A DNA stretch of 63,953 bases, counting the filler. It is 5 parts of 5 records of this genome, joined end to end, with 100 filler letters (N's around TTAATTAATTAA, not from the genome) between each part and the next. Parts side by side here need not be neighbours in the genome. Positions count along the whole stretch, not along the records: positions 1 to 17,314 come from DRR723986_7127; 4 more parts are not named here. The stretch is one strand, 5' to 3'. Shown piece after piece: positions 1-9,891 of this stretch. The notes under the pieces were generated by a model. It searched no databases and had not been told where the DNA came from. It saw nothing but the letters and a program-made list of their open reading frames with translations. The translations under genes and the position numbers were made by a program. The stretch's first letter is position 1. Each line of letters opens with the position of its first letter.

Positions 1-1353
1 GTCTATTGCGGCACCCGCGCCAAGACCGAAGGCATCGCCAAGGCGCTGCGGGACGCTGGGCAAAAAGCGATCCACTATCATGGTGGAATGGAAGCCGAGG
101 ACCGCCGGATTGCTGAACGGCGCTTTCAGCAAGAAGACGGGTTGATCGTCTGTGCCACCGTGGCCTTTGGCATGGGGGTCGACAAACCTGACATCCGCTG
201 GGTGGCCCATGCGGACCTGCCCAAGAGCATTGAGGCTTATTATCAGGAAATCGGCCGTGCCGGGCGCGATGGTGCACCTGCCGAAACGCTGACCCTTTTT
301 GGCCCTGACGACATCCGGTTGCGCCGGTCACAAATTGACGAAGGCCTCGCCCCGCCAGAGCGCCGCGCGGCGGACCATGGCCGGTTGAATGCACTGCTGG
401 GGTTGGCAGAGGCCTTGGAATGCCGCCGGAAAACCCTGCTCAGCTATTTTGACGAAACCGATGTGACCTGCGGCCGCTGTGATCTGTGCGATAGCCCCGC
501 CGAGGTGTTTGATGGCACCACCGCCGTGCGCAAGGCGCTCTCGGCCATCCTGCGCACCGAAGAATGGTTTGGTGCGGGCCATCTGATCGACATTCTGCTG
601 GGTGTGGAAACCGACAAGGTCAAGGCGCGGGGGCATGCCAGCCTGCCGACCTTTGGTGTGGGCGGTGAATATGACCGGCGCCAGTGGCAGGCGGTGTTTC
701 GGCAGATGATGGGACATGACCTGATCCGCCCTGATCCTGAACGCCACGGCGCATTGCGCATGACCGATGCCGCGCTGCCAATCCTGCGCGACGAGGCCAA
801 GATAAACCTGCGCCGTGACACCATCAAAGCGGCAGGCGCGACCCGCAGGCCCGCGGTCAAGGCGATGGTTAGCGAAGAAGACGCGCCGCTGCTCTCCGCG
901 CTCAAGGCCAAGCGCCGGGCGCTGGCCGAGGCGGCGAAGGTGCCTGCCTATATCATCTTTACCGACCGCACATTGATCGAAATGGCCGAAACCCGCCCCC
1001 GTGATCTGGATGGCATGGCACGGGTGGGCGGTGTGGGCGCGAAGAAGTTGGAGACCTACGGCGCGGCCTTTCTCGAAGTGATCAACGGCGAGGCAGAGCA
1101 AATGCACCCGACCCGCCGCAAACTGGCCGGGCGCGAGGCGGGCAATGTCTATGATCAGCTGTTGCAGGTGCAGGCCGATCTGGCGCGAGGCATGGCGGGC
1201 ACCGATAAACCGCTCAGCTGTTCTGCCTCGTTGCTGGCCAAGGTGGCACAGCTGCGCAACGCGGATGAGACCGCGCTTGAGCGGCTTCTGGGCGAACGCC
1301 GCGCCGATCGTTTTGGCCCGGCCTTTCTGGACGTCTTGCGGGACGCGAGCTAG
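1..1353 (+). CDS. recQ: ATP-dependent DNA helicase RecQ (5'-truncated by window edge)
   Basis: Frame is open from base 1 (VYCGTRAKTE). Contains helicase motifs ATVAFGMGVDKPDIR and YYQEIGRAGRDG, the RQC zinc cysteines (CRR...CGRCDLC) and an HRDC domain (VPAYIIFTDRTL). Confidence 0.97.
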   Translation, partial: VYCGTRAKTEGIAKALRDAGQKAIHYHGGMEAEDRRIAERRFQQEDGLIVCATVAFGMGVDKPDIRWVAHADLPKSIEAYYQEIGRAGRDGAPAETLTLFGPDDIRLRRSQIDEGLAPPERRAADHGRLNALLGLAEALECRRKTLLSYFDETDVTCGRCDLCDSPAEVFDGTTAVRKALSAILRTEEWFGAGHLIDILLGVETDKVKARGHASLPTFGVGGEYDRRQWQAVFRQMMGHDLIRPDPERHGALRMTDAALPILRDEAKINLRRDTIKAAGATRRPAVKAMVSEEDAPLLSALKAKRRALAEAAKVPAYIIFTDRTLIEMAETRPRDLDGMARVGGVGAKKLETYGAAFLEVINGEAEQMHPTRRKLAGREAGNVYDQLLQVQADLARGMAGTDKPLSCSASLLAKVAQLRNADETALERLLGERRADRFGPAFLDVLRDAS

Positions 1354-1380
1354 ATCAGTCAAACCGAAGGGGAGAGAGTT

Positions 1381-2160
1381 ATGTTGGTGGTGATTTCTCC
1401 GGCCAAAAGGCTGGATTGGGCTGAGCGGGACGTGACAACCACGCAACCGGATTTTCAGGATGATGCCGTGCGGCTGGCCAAAACCGCCCGCAACCTGACC
1501 TTGGGCAAACTCAAAGGCCTTATGGACCTCAGCGATGACCTGGCCCGCCTTAACCGCGACCGGTTTAACGCTTTTGAGACAGACCCCTCCGATCAAACAA
1601 CACGCCCTGCCGCGCTGGCCTTTGCCGGTGATACCTATCAGGGGCTGGAGGCCGCGAGTCTGGACGCCGATGAAATGGCATGGGCGCAGGAGCACCTGCG
1701 CATTCTGTCGGGCCTTTATGGTGTGCTGCGGCCCCTGGATGCGATCCAACCTTACCGTTTGGAAATGGGCAGTCGGCTTAAGACCCGGCGGGGTGCGAAC
1801 CTTTATGACTATTGGCGTGACGGGCTGTCAAAGGCGCTGAATGCGCAGGCGGAACAGGTTGGAACAGATGTGCTGATCAATTGTGCCAGTCAGGAATATT
1901 TTGGCGCAGTGGCCCCAAAGGCGCTGAAACTGCGGGTGATCACACCGCAATTCATGGAAGACAAAGGCGACGGCAAAGGCCCCAAGATCGTCAGCTTCTT
2001 TGCCAAAAAGGCGCGCGGTGCAATGGCGCGGTTTATTGTGCAGAACCGGTTGACCGAGGCGGATGCAATCCGGGATTTTGATATCGACGGCTATGCCTGG
2101 CAAGAGGCCGCATCGATGCCGGGCAAACCTGTGTTCGTGCGGCCCTATCCGTCATCCTGA
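1381..2160 (+). CDS. yaaA: Peroxide stress protein YaaA (DUF328)
   Basis: Family motifs MLVVISPAK, LRILSGLYGVLRPLD, PYRLEMG and AKKARG. GGGGAG RBS upstream. Confidence 0.95.
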   Translation: MLVVISPAKRLDWAERDVTTTQPDFQDDAVRLAKTARNLTLGKLKGLMDLSDDLARLNRDRFNAFETDPSDQTTRPAALAFAGDTYQGLEAASLDADEMAWAQEHLRILSGLYGVLRPLDAIQPYRLEMGSRLKTRRGANLYDYWRDGLSKALNAQAEQVGTDVLINCASQEYFGAVAPKALKLRVITPQFMEDKGDGKGPKIVSFFAKKARGAMARFIVQNRLTEADAIRDFDIDGYAWQEAASMPGKPVFVRPYPSS

Positions 2161-4316
2161 GATAGGTGAAGCGGGGCAAAATCTGCCGTCCAGGCCGCTT
2201 CGATCTGTGCAACAATTTCGGGTTTCCGCAGGGGCTTGGTCAGGTAGTGATCCATGCCAGCCTCAATCAAAAGCTTGTCATCTCCGGCCATCGCATGGGC
2301 AGTCATAGAGATGATCGGCACGCGTTTGCCGCTTTGAGATTCCAATCGCCGGATCGCGGCGGTGGCCTCTTTTCCGTCCATCTTGGGCATGGAAATATCC
2401 ATAAAAATCAAATCCGGCATGGAGGTCTGAAACAAGGCAACGGCATCCTCGCCGTTGCCCGCAAAGGTCAGGTCGATGTTCAGATCCTTGATCATCTTGC
2501 GAAAAACCAACTGGTTGGTCTTGTTGTCCTCAGCCGCCAGAATGCGCATCACACGCGGTACATCAGACCCCTTCGGCACCGCGCCCTCGGGTTTGGGGTG
2601 CAGCTTGGCCAAATGGCCAAGCAACACCTCGCGCGGTAGTGGTTTTGGCAAAACCTCCTGCACCAGCGGTGCCGCCGGATCGCCCTGCGCGTCAACGGGG
2701 CGATCACTGCAAAGCAGGATCGGCACGTTGTGCCCCTGTTCCCGCAACGCCTCGGACAATTCAAACCCGTCCATTTGCGGCATGTTATGGTCGGTGATCA
2801 GCAGATCAATCTCCGGGCCAAAACCGGCCAAGGCGTCCCTGCCGCTGTTGCAGGCGGTGACCTGCAAACCAAGCTGCGTCAGTTGCCGTTCTAGAATGCT
2901 ACGATGGATTTCGGTGTCATCCACAATCATCACGTGGCGCAGATCTTCGGGGCGGGCAAACCCGGCAGCCATCGAGGCGGCCTGCGGGATCATTGGCAGT
3001 TTCACGCCAAAACATGCACCGTGCCCTTCTTCGGAGGTGACCCAGATCTGCCCGCCCATCATTTCGACCAGCCGCTGGGAAATCGCCAAGCCAAGCCCAG
3101 TGCCGTCAAACTGACGGTTGCGTTCGTTTTCGACCTGATTGAACTCTCCAAAAATGTGATCGACCATATCGGCGGGAATGCCGATGCCGGTGTCTTCGAT
3201 GCTTATATGCACCTGCGCGGTCTTGGCGTCCTCATCGGCAACGCCGGTCACCCGAACCAGAATGTGCCCCTCTGAGGTGAATTTGACCGCATTGCCGATG
3301 AGATTGGTCAGCACCTGCCGAATGCGCCCCGGATCACCGATCAATTGGCTTGGCAGAAACAGATCGTAATCCAGCGCCGTTCGCAGACCTTTGTCCCGCA
3401 CAGAGGGTTGCAACAGCATCAGAACCTCCTGTATCGCACGTTCCAAATCAAAGGTTTCTGGATGCAGATCCAGCTTTTTGGCTTCGATCTTGGAATAGTC
3501 CAGCACGTCATTGATAATCACCAACAGCGCCTCGCCAGAGTTTTTGATCGTCTCGACATAAAGCTGTTGTTCGCCGTCCAGTTCGGTATCGGCCAGCACC
3601 TCAGCCATGCCAACCACACCGTTCATTGGCGTGCGGATTTCATGGCTCATATTGGCCAGAAACGCCGATTTGGCGCGGTTCGCGCTTTCGGCGATGGCGC
3701 GGGCCTCTTTCAGCTTTTTCTCATAGGCAACCGTGGCCGTAATATCGAGGCCAAGCGAGACCATATCGCCCCCCGGCCCGCGCTGGTCATGCAATTTGAT
3801 CGACGCCCCGTTCCACAGTTTGATGATCACAGGGTCGGGGTCGGCGGAATGCAAGCGTTCCGTCATCATCTTGCGCCAGTCGCGGGCGGGCATATCGCCT
3901 GTGTTCACAATGCCCTCATCAGTGAGAAGCTGCAGGATGGTGATGTAATTGACCCCCGGTTTGACCACCTCCAGCCCGTCAAACACGTTTAGATAGGCGC
4001 GATTGGCCATGATCATCTCATTGTCGCCATTAAAGAAGGCAAAGCCGTCCTTGATCGTCTCAATGGAATACCAAAGCCGCCGTTCGGTGATCGCAATGCG
4101 TTGATTGGCGGCGCTCAGATCCGATTTGACACGTTGGTTTTCGCCCCGGATGCTTTCGACCTCGGCGCGGGTTTCGACGATCTCTTCGCTGAGCTGTTGG
4201 GCATGGCGGCCCAGTTTGCGATTGGCGGCAAACAGCTCGGCCTTCTTCAACTCAAGCATCCGCTCCGCCGCGAGCCTGCTGCGCCGCTCTTCGGTCAGTT
4301 TGCTGGCAAGGCTCAT
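2145..4316 (-). CDS. Soluble hybrid sensor histidine kinase (coiled coil, PAS, HisKA, HATPase, two receiver domains)
   Basis: H-box FLANMSHEIRTPMNG, N-box NLIGNAVKFT, G-boxes DTGIGI and GTGLGL, and two REC domains (ITDHNMP, FMDISMP). Start taken at MSLASKL (ATG 4316, GGAG upstream). Confidence 0.92.
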   Translation of the reverse strand: MSLASKLTEERRSRLAAERMLELKKAELFAANRKLGRHAQQLSEEIVETRAEVESIRGENQRVKSDLSAANQRIAITERRLWYSIETIKDGFAFFNGDNEMIMANRAYLNVFDGLEVVKPGVNYITILQLLTDEGIVNTGDMPARDWRKMMTERLHSADPDPVIIKLWNGASIKLHDQRGPGGDMVSLGLDITATVAYEKKLKEARAIAESANRAKSAFLANMSHEIRTPMNGVVGMAEVLADTELDGEQQLYVETIKNSGEALLVIINDVLDYSKIEAKKLDLHPETFDLERAIQEVLMLLQPSVRDKGLRTALDYDLFLPSQLIGDPGRIRQVLTNLIGNAVKFTSEGHILVRVTGVADEDAKTAQVHISIEDTGIGIPADMVDHIFGEFNQVENERNRQFDGTGLGLAISQRLVEMMGGQIWVTSEEGHGACFGVKLPMIPQAASMAAGFARPEDLRHVMIVDDTEIHRSILERQLTQLGLQVTACNSGRDALAGFGPEIDLLITDHNMPQMDGFELSEALREQGHNVPILLCSDRPVDAQGDPAAPLVQEVLPKPLPREVLLGHLAKLHPKPEGAVPKGSDVPRVMRILAAEDNKTNQLVFRKMIKDLNIDLTFAGNGEDAVALFQTSMPDLIFMDISMPKMDGKEATAAIRRLESQSGKRVPIISMTAHAMAGDDKLLIEAGMDHYLTKPLRKPEIVAQIEAAWTADFAPLHLSQDDG

Positions 4317-4449
4317 CCGCCGCTCCGCCGTGTTTCCGTGTTCGCGCGCAGACTGCGCAATCAGGGTGAACATCCGCTTAAGGTGCGTGCCAGACTTGTC
4401 TGATTTCATGGCCCGTGGCACCCTTGCGGCATTTCAAAGGGAGATTGTG

Positions 4450-7400
4450 ATGCCGCGTTTGCGCCTGTTGAAGAGTTTGATTGTTTGCATTGCGGCCCTC
4501 GCCGCTCCCGCTTGGGGGCAGGATGCACTGCCTGATCATCGCTACTTGTTCACACGAGATGTGGATTTTTATGGTGCGGATCTGACCAATCTCTTTGACA
4601 CCTCACAGGCAGCCTGCGAACGGGCATGCAGCGCTCAAGATGCCTGTGTCGCCTTCACTTTCAACACCCGGTCGAGCGCCTGTTTCCCCAAGTCTGCGGT
4701 GTCTGACCGCCAGCCCTATGTTGGCGCGATGTCCGCCCGCAAAGTGGCCACCGATCCGGCGCTTTTGGCCAAACAAGCAGCTCGCATAACAGATCTCGCA
4801 TTCTTGCGGCAGAACGACTTTGGCAATGCCCGCTTGCAAGTGTTGGAAAACGCCCGCCGCTTTACCTTTTCTGACGAAACCGCCGACACGCTGATCGGGG
4901 CAATGACACTGGCAGAGCAGGGCGGCAACATACGTTCAGCTCTGTTATGGGCCAGCCGCGCGGCGGCCTTGACGGATCGGGGTGACATTTGGGTGCGGTT
5001 TGCCGACCTGTCGTTGAAACAAGCGGACGCCACGCAAGACAGCAGCAAGAAGCGGCAGTATCGGAGGGATGCATTGAAAGGCGCGGTAAACGCCTATTTG
5101 CGCGCGCAAACCCCCGCCATTCAAGTGAACGCGCTTGAGGTCATGTCACGCGCTTTGGAAGTGAACCGCCGTGGCCGCGATATGATCCCGGCGTTGCGGC
5201 TTGCACTGACGATCGCGCCGCGGGCGGATCTTGAAACAGCTCTTGAGGATGCCATCGGAAAATACGGGTTTCGCGTGGTTGAACATCGCGTGGACAACAA
5301 CGCCGCCGCGCCGCGCATCTGCGCGGAGTTCTCGGAAAAGCTGGTGCAGATCGGTGTCGATTACGAGCCCTTTGTGCGGATCGAGGGGCGCGGTTTGGCG
5401 GTACAGACGGACGGGAACCAACTGTGCATTGATGGCGTGGAACATGGTGCACGATACGACGTGACCCTGCGCGAAGGCCTGCCCGCCGCCAGCGGCGAAG
5501 CTTTGCACCGCGATCTGCGGTTGCGGCTTTATGTCCGTGATCGCGCCCCGCACGTCAGGTTTGGCGGGCGTGCCTATGTGTTGCCGCGATCCGAACAGGC
5601 GGGCATTCCGGTGGAAACGGTCAACGTCGATACAGTGGACCTCAAGCTGCGCCGTGTCAGTGACCGCAATCTGGTGCGGGCGATCCGCGAAAGCTATTTC
5701 GGGCGACCGCTCAGCAAATATGAAGACGACCAGTTTTCGCAAACCTTGGCGCAGGATATCTGGCAGGGCAGTGGCACGGTCCAGAACACCCTTAACGTGG
5801 ACATGACGACCCGTCTGCCGTTGGGTGATGTGCTGGGGCAACAGCCCGCCGGAATCTACACACTCAGCGCCTCTGTGCCGGGGCAGGATCCCTATGACAA
5901 TCCCGCCGCGACCCAATGGTTTGTCCTGTCCGATCTTGGCATCTCCACCATGTCAGGTGTCGATGGCATGCATGTCGCGGTGCGCCGTTTGGCCGATGCG
6001 CAGCCTCTTGCCGGCATTGAACTGAGCCTGATTTCCCGCGCCAATGCGGTGCTTGGCAAAGCCATCACAGATGCAGATGGATTTGCGCAGTTTCCCGCCG
6101 GGCTCAGCCGCGGCGATGGCGGGTCTGCCCCCGCGCTGTTGATGGCAGAAGACGGGGCGCTGGATGTTGCATTCCTGCCGTTGACCGACCCCGCCTTTGA
6201 TCTGTCCGACCGGGGCGTCGAGGGTCATCCGCCCGCGCCGCCCATTGATGTGTTCATGACCACGGATCGCGGTGCCTACCGCGTGGGCGAGACGATCTAT
6301 GCCACCGTCCTGACCCGCGATGCACAGGCACAGGCGATTGATGGCCTTCCAGTGACCGCAATTCTCAAACGCCCCGACGGCGTGGAATACAGCCGCAGCC
6401 TCAGCAGTGATGCGAAGGCGGGCGGTCATGTCTTTGCCTTGCCCTTAGGGGCGGATGTGCCGCGCGGCGCGTGGCGGATTGACGTATTGACCGACACAAC
6501 AGCGCCCGCATTGGCCGGCCAGACCGTCCTGGTCGAGGACTTCCTGCCAGAGCGGATTGATTTTGACCTGTCCCTGCCGGACAGCCCATTGCGCCTGTCG
6601 TCCGCGCCGCCGCTCACTGTTCAGGTGGATTATCTCTTTGGTGCGCCGGGTGCCAATCTGGACGTTGAAGGGGACCTGCGCCTGCGGGCCAAACGCGAGA
6701 TTGACGGCTATGCGGGTTATCGTTTTGGCCGCCATGATGATGTCTTCGGGACCCAGACGCGGTTCATTGGCAACGCCGTCACCGATGCGGCTGGCAAGGC
6801 GGTTTTGCCCCTGACCCTGCCCAAGCTGGAACAAGATCCGGGCCTGCCGATGGAGGCCGAGATGATCCTAAGGGTCGCCGAAGGATCAGGCCGCCCGGTG
6901 GAGCGCCGCCTGACCAAAGCCGTGGTCAGCGACATGCCGATGATCGGCATCAAGCCGTTGTTTGAGGATGTGCTGGCCGAAGGCAGCGATGCGGCGTTTA
7001 GCCTGATCGCCCTGGACCCGCAGGGGCAGACCATACCGATGCAGGTGCGTTGGACTCTGAACAAGGTCGAAACCCGTTATCAATGGTATCAGCTTTACGG
7101 CAATTGGGAGTGGGAGCCGACAACCCGCCGCACCCGCGCCGCCACCGGCGAGATCACGCTGGGCGCGGAACCTGTGTCGGTATCCACGCCAACCGAATGG
7201 GGCGAATATGAGCTGGTCGTGGAGCGGATCGGCAATGACTACGCCGCCGCCTCGGTTGCGTTCTATTCCGGCTGGTATGGCGGTGATGGATCGACCGATA
7301 CGCCAGACCGGCTTGAGATGTCGCTTGATGCCGAAAGCTATGCTGTTGGTGATCCGGTGCGCCTGCGCGTTGCCGCGAAATCTGCCGGTGTTGCGCTTGT

Positions 7401-9891
7401 CTCGGTTCTGTCCAACCGTGTGATTGAACGCAAGGCGGTGACAGTGGATGCTGGCGAGAACATGATCCCGCTCACCGTCACCGATGAATGGGGCAGCGGC
7501 GCTTATGTCACTGTGTCGTTGCTGCGCGGCATGGATGAAGCCGCCAGCCTGAACCCTGCCCGCAGTCTGGGCCTTGCCCATGCCGCCGTGCGCCCCGGCA
7601 AGCGGGCATTGACCGTCAGTTTGAACGCGCCGGATGTTGTGGACGGGCAGGCAGGCACCCTGCGCGCCGCTGTTCAGGTCGAGGGTGTGCAACCGGGCGA
7701 AACCGCCTATGTCACGCTGGCGGCGGTAGACGTGGGCATATTGAACCTCACTGGGTTCAAAGCCCCGGACGCAAGCGATCACTATTTTGGCCAGCGCCGT
7801 TTGGGCGTCGAGATGCGCGACATCTATGGCCGCTTGATTGATGGGATGAACGGGGCGCTTGGCACGGTCAGGTCCGGCGGGGATGCCGCCGCAAGCGCAC
7901 AGGTGCAATCGCCGCCCCCGACCGAAGAGCTGATGGCGTTTTTCACCGGTCCGGTCCTCGTTGGCCCCGATGGCCGCGCCGAAGTTGAGATCATTCGCCC
8001 TGCCTTTAACGGCACAATCAAGCTGATGGCGGTGGCGTGGTCCGCCAGCGGCGTTGGCGATGCCTCTGCGGATGTGATTGCCCGCGATCCGGTTGTGGTC
8101 ACGGCCTCTTTGCCACGGTTCCTTGCCCCCGGTGATCAAAGCCGGATGCTGCTGGAACTGGTTCATGCCGAAGGGGCCTCCGGCCAGATGTCATTGCAAG
8201 CCTTTGCCGATGCGGGTGTGGCATTGGGTGATTTGCCAGAAGATGTAACCTTGCCCGAAAAAGGCAGTTTGCGGATCAACGTGCCGGTCACAGGGCGCGA
8301 GATTGGCGATCACTTGATCACTGTGTCGCTCACCACGCCAGATGGCAAGGAACTGCGCAAGGTGCTGACTTTGCCGGTGCGCCTCAACGATCCAGAGGTG
8401 GCCGTCACGCGACAGTTCTCTTTGCGGAAGGGTGAAACCTTCACCTTTGATGGCAATGTCTTTGCAGGCCTGCGCCCCGGCACCGCGTCCGCCACGCTAA
8501 CGGCTGGCCCCTTGGCGCGGTTTGATGTGCCGGGCCTCTTGCGCCAGCTTGACCGCTATCCTTACGGCTGCACCGAACAGGTCACGTCAAGCGCGATGCC
8601 CCTGCTTTACCTCAGTTCGGTTGCGCAATCGGCAGGTCTGGGAGAGCCCGCGCGGATCGAAGGCAAGATCGGCAAAGCCATTGAACGTGTGCTGAACCGG
8701 CAGGCCAGCAATGGTGCCTTTGGGTTGTGGCGTGCGCAATCGGGTGACTTCTGGCTCGATGCCTATGTCACCGATTTCCTGTCGCGGGCGCGGCGCGAAG
8801 GGCATGCGGTGCCGGATCTGGCGTTCTCGCTGGCGATGGACAATCTGCGCAACCGGATCAACTACGCCCCAGATTTTGATGCGGGCGGCGAAGATGTGGC
8901 ATATGCCCTGTTGGTGCTGGCCCGCGAAGGTGCGGCGCAAATGGGTGACCTGCGCTATTATGCGGACACCAAGGCGGATGATTTTGGCACCCCGCTGGCT
9001 GCGGCGCAGTTGGGCGCGGCGCTGGCGGCCTATGGTGATCCTGTCAGAGCCGACATGATGTTCCGCAAGGCGGGATTGCTGTTGTTGCGGGATCGTGACA
9101 GGCGCCAAGGGTGGCGCGATGACTATGGCACCAACCTGCGCGACACTGCGGCGGTCCTGAAACTCAGCGCTGAGGCGGGAAGTGCCGCCATTGATCCGGC
9201 CAACTTGATCAGCTGGACCCGGCGGGAGACAGGCAGGCTTTCGACACAAGAAGCCGCTCAGGTGGTCTTGGCCGCCCATGCCCTGACCGGCCCGCAGGCC
9301 GTGCCGGGGTTGGAGGTAGATGGCGCGGCGGTCAACGGTCCGTTGGTCAAACGGCTGACCAACCGTGCGCCCGCGACATCCCTGATCCGTAATCTCAGCG
9401 ATGTGCCAATGGATGTGACCCTGACTGCCCTTGGCGTGCCAGAGGTTGCACCAGACGCGGGTGGTTATGGCTACAGTGTGACCCGCCGCTATTTCACCAT
9501 GGACGGGACTTTGATCGACGGGGCCATGCAGACCGGGGACCGCATGGTCGTCGTGATCGAAGTGACACCCTTTGAAGACATCGGGGCGCGGCTGATCGTC
9601 GATGATCCACTGCCCGCCGGGCTTGAGATCGACAACCCCAACCTGCTGCGCAGTGGCGAGATCGGCGCATTAAGCTGGCTCAACACCAAGCCCGCCGAAA
9701 ATGCCGAGTTCCGCAGCGACCGGTTCATAGCGGCGGTGAACCACCGCAAGGCAGAGCCGTTTCAACTGGCCTATATCGTCCGCGCCATAACGCCGGGGCA
9801 GTACCACCATCCGGCGGCGCTGGTCGAAGACATGTACCGCCCCGAATACCGCGCCACGACCGCCAGCGGCACATTGACCGTCCTGCCATGA
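4450..9891 (+). CDS. Bacterial alpha-2-macroglobulin with N-terminal PAN/apple domain
   Basis: Signal peptide and a PAN-like Cys pattern (CERAC...CVAFTFN...CFPK). MG domains (TDRGAYRVGE, VEDFLPERI), thioester motif YPYGCTEQ and C-terminal EDMYRPE. AAGGGAG RBS before ATG 4450. Adjacent to pbpC. Confidence 0.95.
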   Translation: MPRLRLLKSLIVCIAALAAPAWGQDALPDHRYLFTRDVDFYGADLTNLFDTSQAACERACSAQDACVAFTFNTRSSACFPKSAVSDRQPYVGAMSARKVATDPALLAKQAARITDLAFLRQNDFGNARLQVLENARRFTFSDETADTLIGAMTLAEQGGNIRSALLWASRAAALTDRGDIWVRFADLSLKQADATQDSSKKRQYRRDALKGAVNAYLRAQTPAIQVNALEVMSRALEVNRRGRDMIPALRLALTIAPRADLETALEDAIGKYGFRVVEHRVDNNAAAPRICAEFSEKLVQIGVDYEPFVRIEGRGLAVQTDGNQLCIDGVEHGARYDVTLREGLPAASGEALHRDLRLRLYVRDRAPHVRFGGRAYVLPRSEQAGIPVETVNVDTVDLKLRRVSDRNLVRAIRESYFGRPLSKYEDDQFSQTLAQDIWQGSGTVQNTLNVDMTTRLPLGDVLGQQPAGIYTLSASVPGQDPYDNPAATQWFVLSDLGISTMSGVDGMHVAVRRLADAQPLAGIELSLISRANAVLGKAITDADGFAQFPAGLSRGDGGSAPALLMAEDGALDVAFLPLTDPAFDLSDRGVEGHPPAPPIDVFMTTDRGAYRVGETIYATVLTRDAQAQAIDGLPVTAILKRPDGVEYSRSLSSDAKAGGHVFALPLGADVPRGAWRIDVLTDTTAPALAGQTVLVEDFLPERIDFDLSLPDSPLRLSSAPPLTVQVDYLFGAPGANLDVEGDLRLRAKREIDGYAGYRFGRHDDVFGTQTRFIGNAVTDAAGKAVLPLTLPKLEQDPGLPMEAEMILRVAEGSGRPVERRLTKAVVSDMPMIGIKPLFEDVLAEGSDAAFSLIALDPQGQTIPMQVRWTLNKVETRYQWYQLYGNWEWEPTTRRTRAATGEITLGAEPVSVSTPTEWGEYELVVERIGNDYAAASVAFYSGWYGGDGSTDTPDRLEMSLDAESYAVGDPVRLRVAAKSAGVALVSVLSNRVIERKAVTVDAGENMIPLTVTDEWGSGAYVTVSLLRGMDEAASLNPARSLGLAHAAVRPGKRALTVSLNAPDVVDGQAGTLRAAVQVEGVQPGETAYVTLAAVDVGILNLTGFKAPDASDHYFGQRRLGVEMRDIYGRLIDGMNGALGTVRSGGDAAASAQVQSPPPTEELMAFFTGPVLVGPDGRAEVEIIRPAFNGTIKLMAVAWSASGVGDASADVIARDPVVVTASLPRFLAPGDQSRMLLELVHAEGASGQMSLQAFADAGVALGDLPEDVTLPEKGSLRINVPVTGREIGDHLITVSLTTPDGKELRKVLTLPVRLNDPEVAVTRQFSLRKGETFTFDGNVFAGLRPGTASATLTAGPLARFDVPGLLRQLDRYPYGCTEQVTSSAMPLLYLSSVAQSAGLGEPARIEGKIGKAIERVLNRQASNGAFGLWRAQSGDFWLDAYVTDFLSRARREGHAVPDLAFSLAMDNLRNRINYAPDFDAGGEDVAYALLVLAREGAAQMGDLRYYADTKADDFGTPLAAAQLGAALAAYGDPVRADMMFRKAGLLLLRDRDRRQGWRDDYGTNLRDTAAVLKLSAEAGSAAIDPANLISWTRRETGRLSTQEAAQVVLAAHALTGPQAVPGLEVDGAAVNGPLVKRLTNRAPATSLIRNLSDVPMDVTLTALGVPEVAPDAGGYGYSVTRRYFTMDGTLIDGAMQTGDRMVVVIEVTPFEDIGARLIVDDPLPAGLEIDNPNLLRSGEIGALSWLNTKPAENAEFRSDRFIAAVNHRKAEPFQLAYIVRAITPGQYHHPAALVEDMYRPEYRATTASGTLTVLP

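Noticed and set aside
328-1749. Long antisense ORFs (473 aa here; also 6886-8166, 15598-17070, 10371-11330, 60974-61786)
   Set aside because: They are shadow frames of well-supported genes in GC-rich DNA, with no recognisable motifs.
4416-4432. TGGCACCCTTGCGGCA sigma54-like site before the macroglobulin gene
   Set aside because: The -12 element is poor, it is very close to the RBS, and no activator is nearby.
4105-4449. Extended 1928-aa start for the macroglobulin and 758-aa start for the kinase, implying overlapping divergent genes
   Set aside because: RBS and signal peptide support ATG 4450, and the kinase most likely starts at 4316. The extensions are open-frame artefacts.
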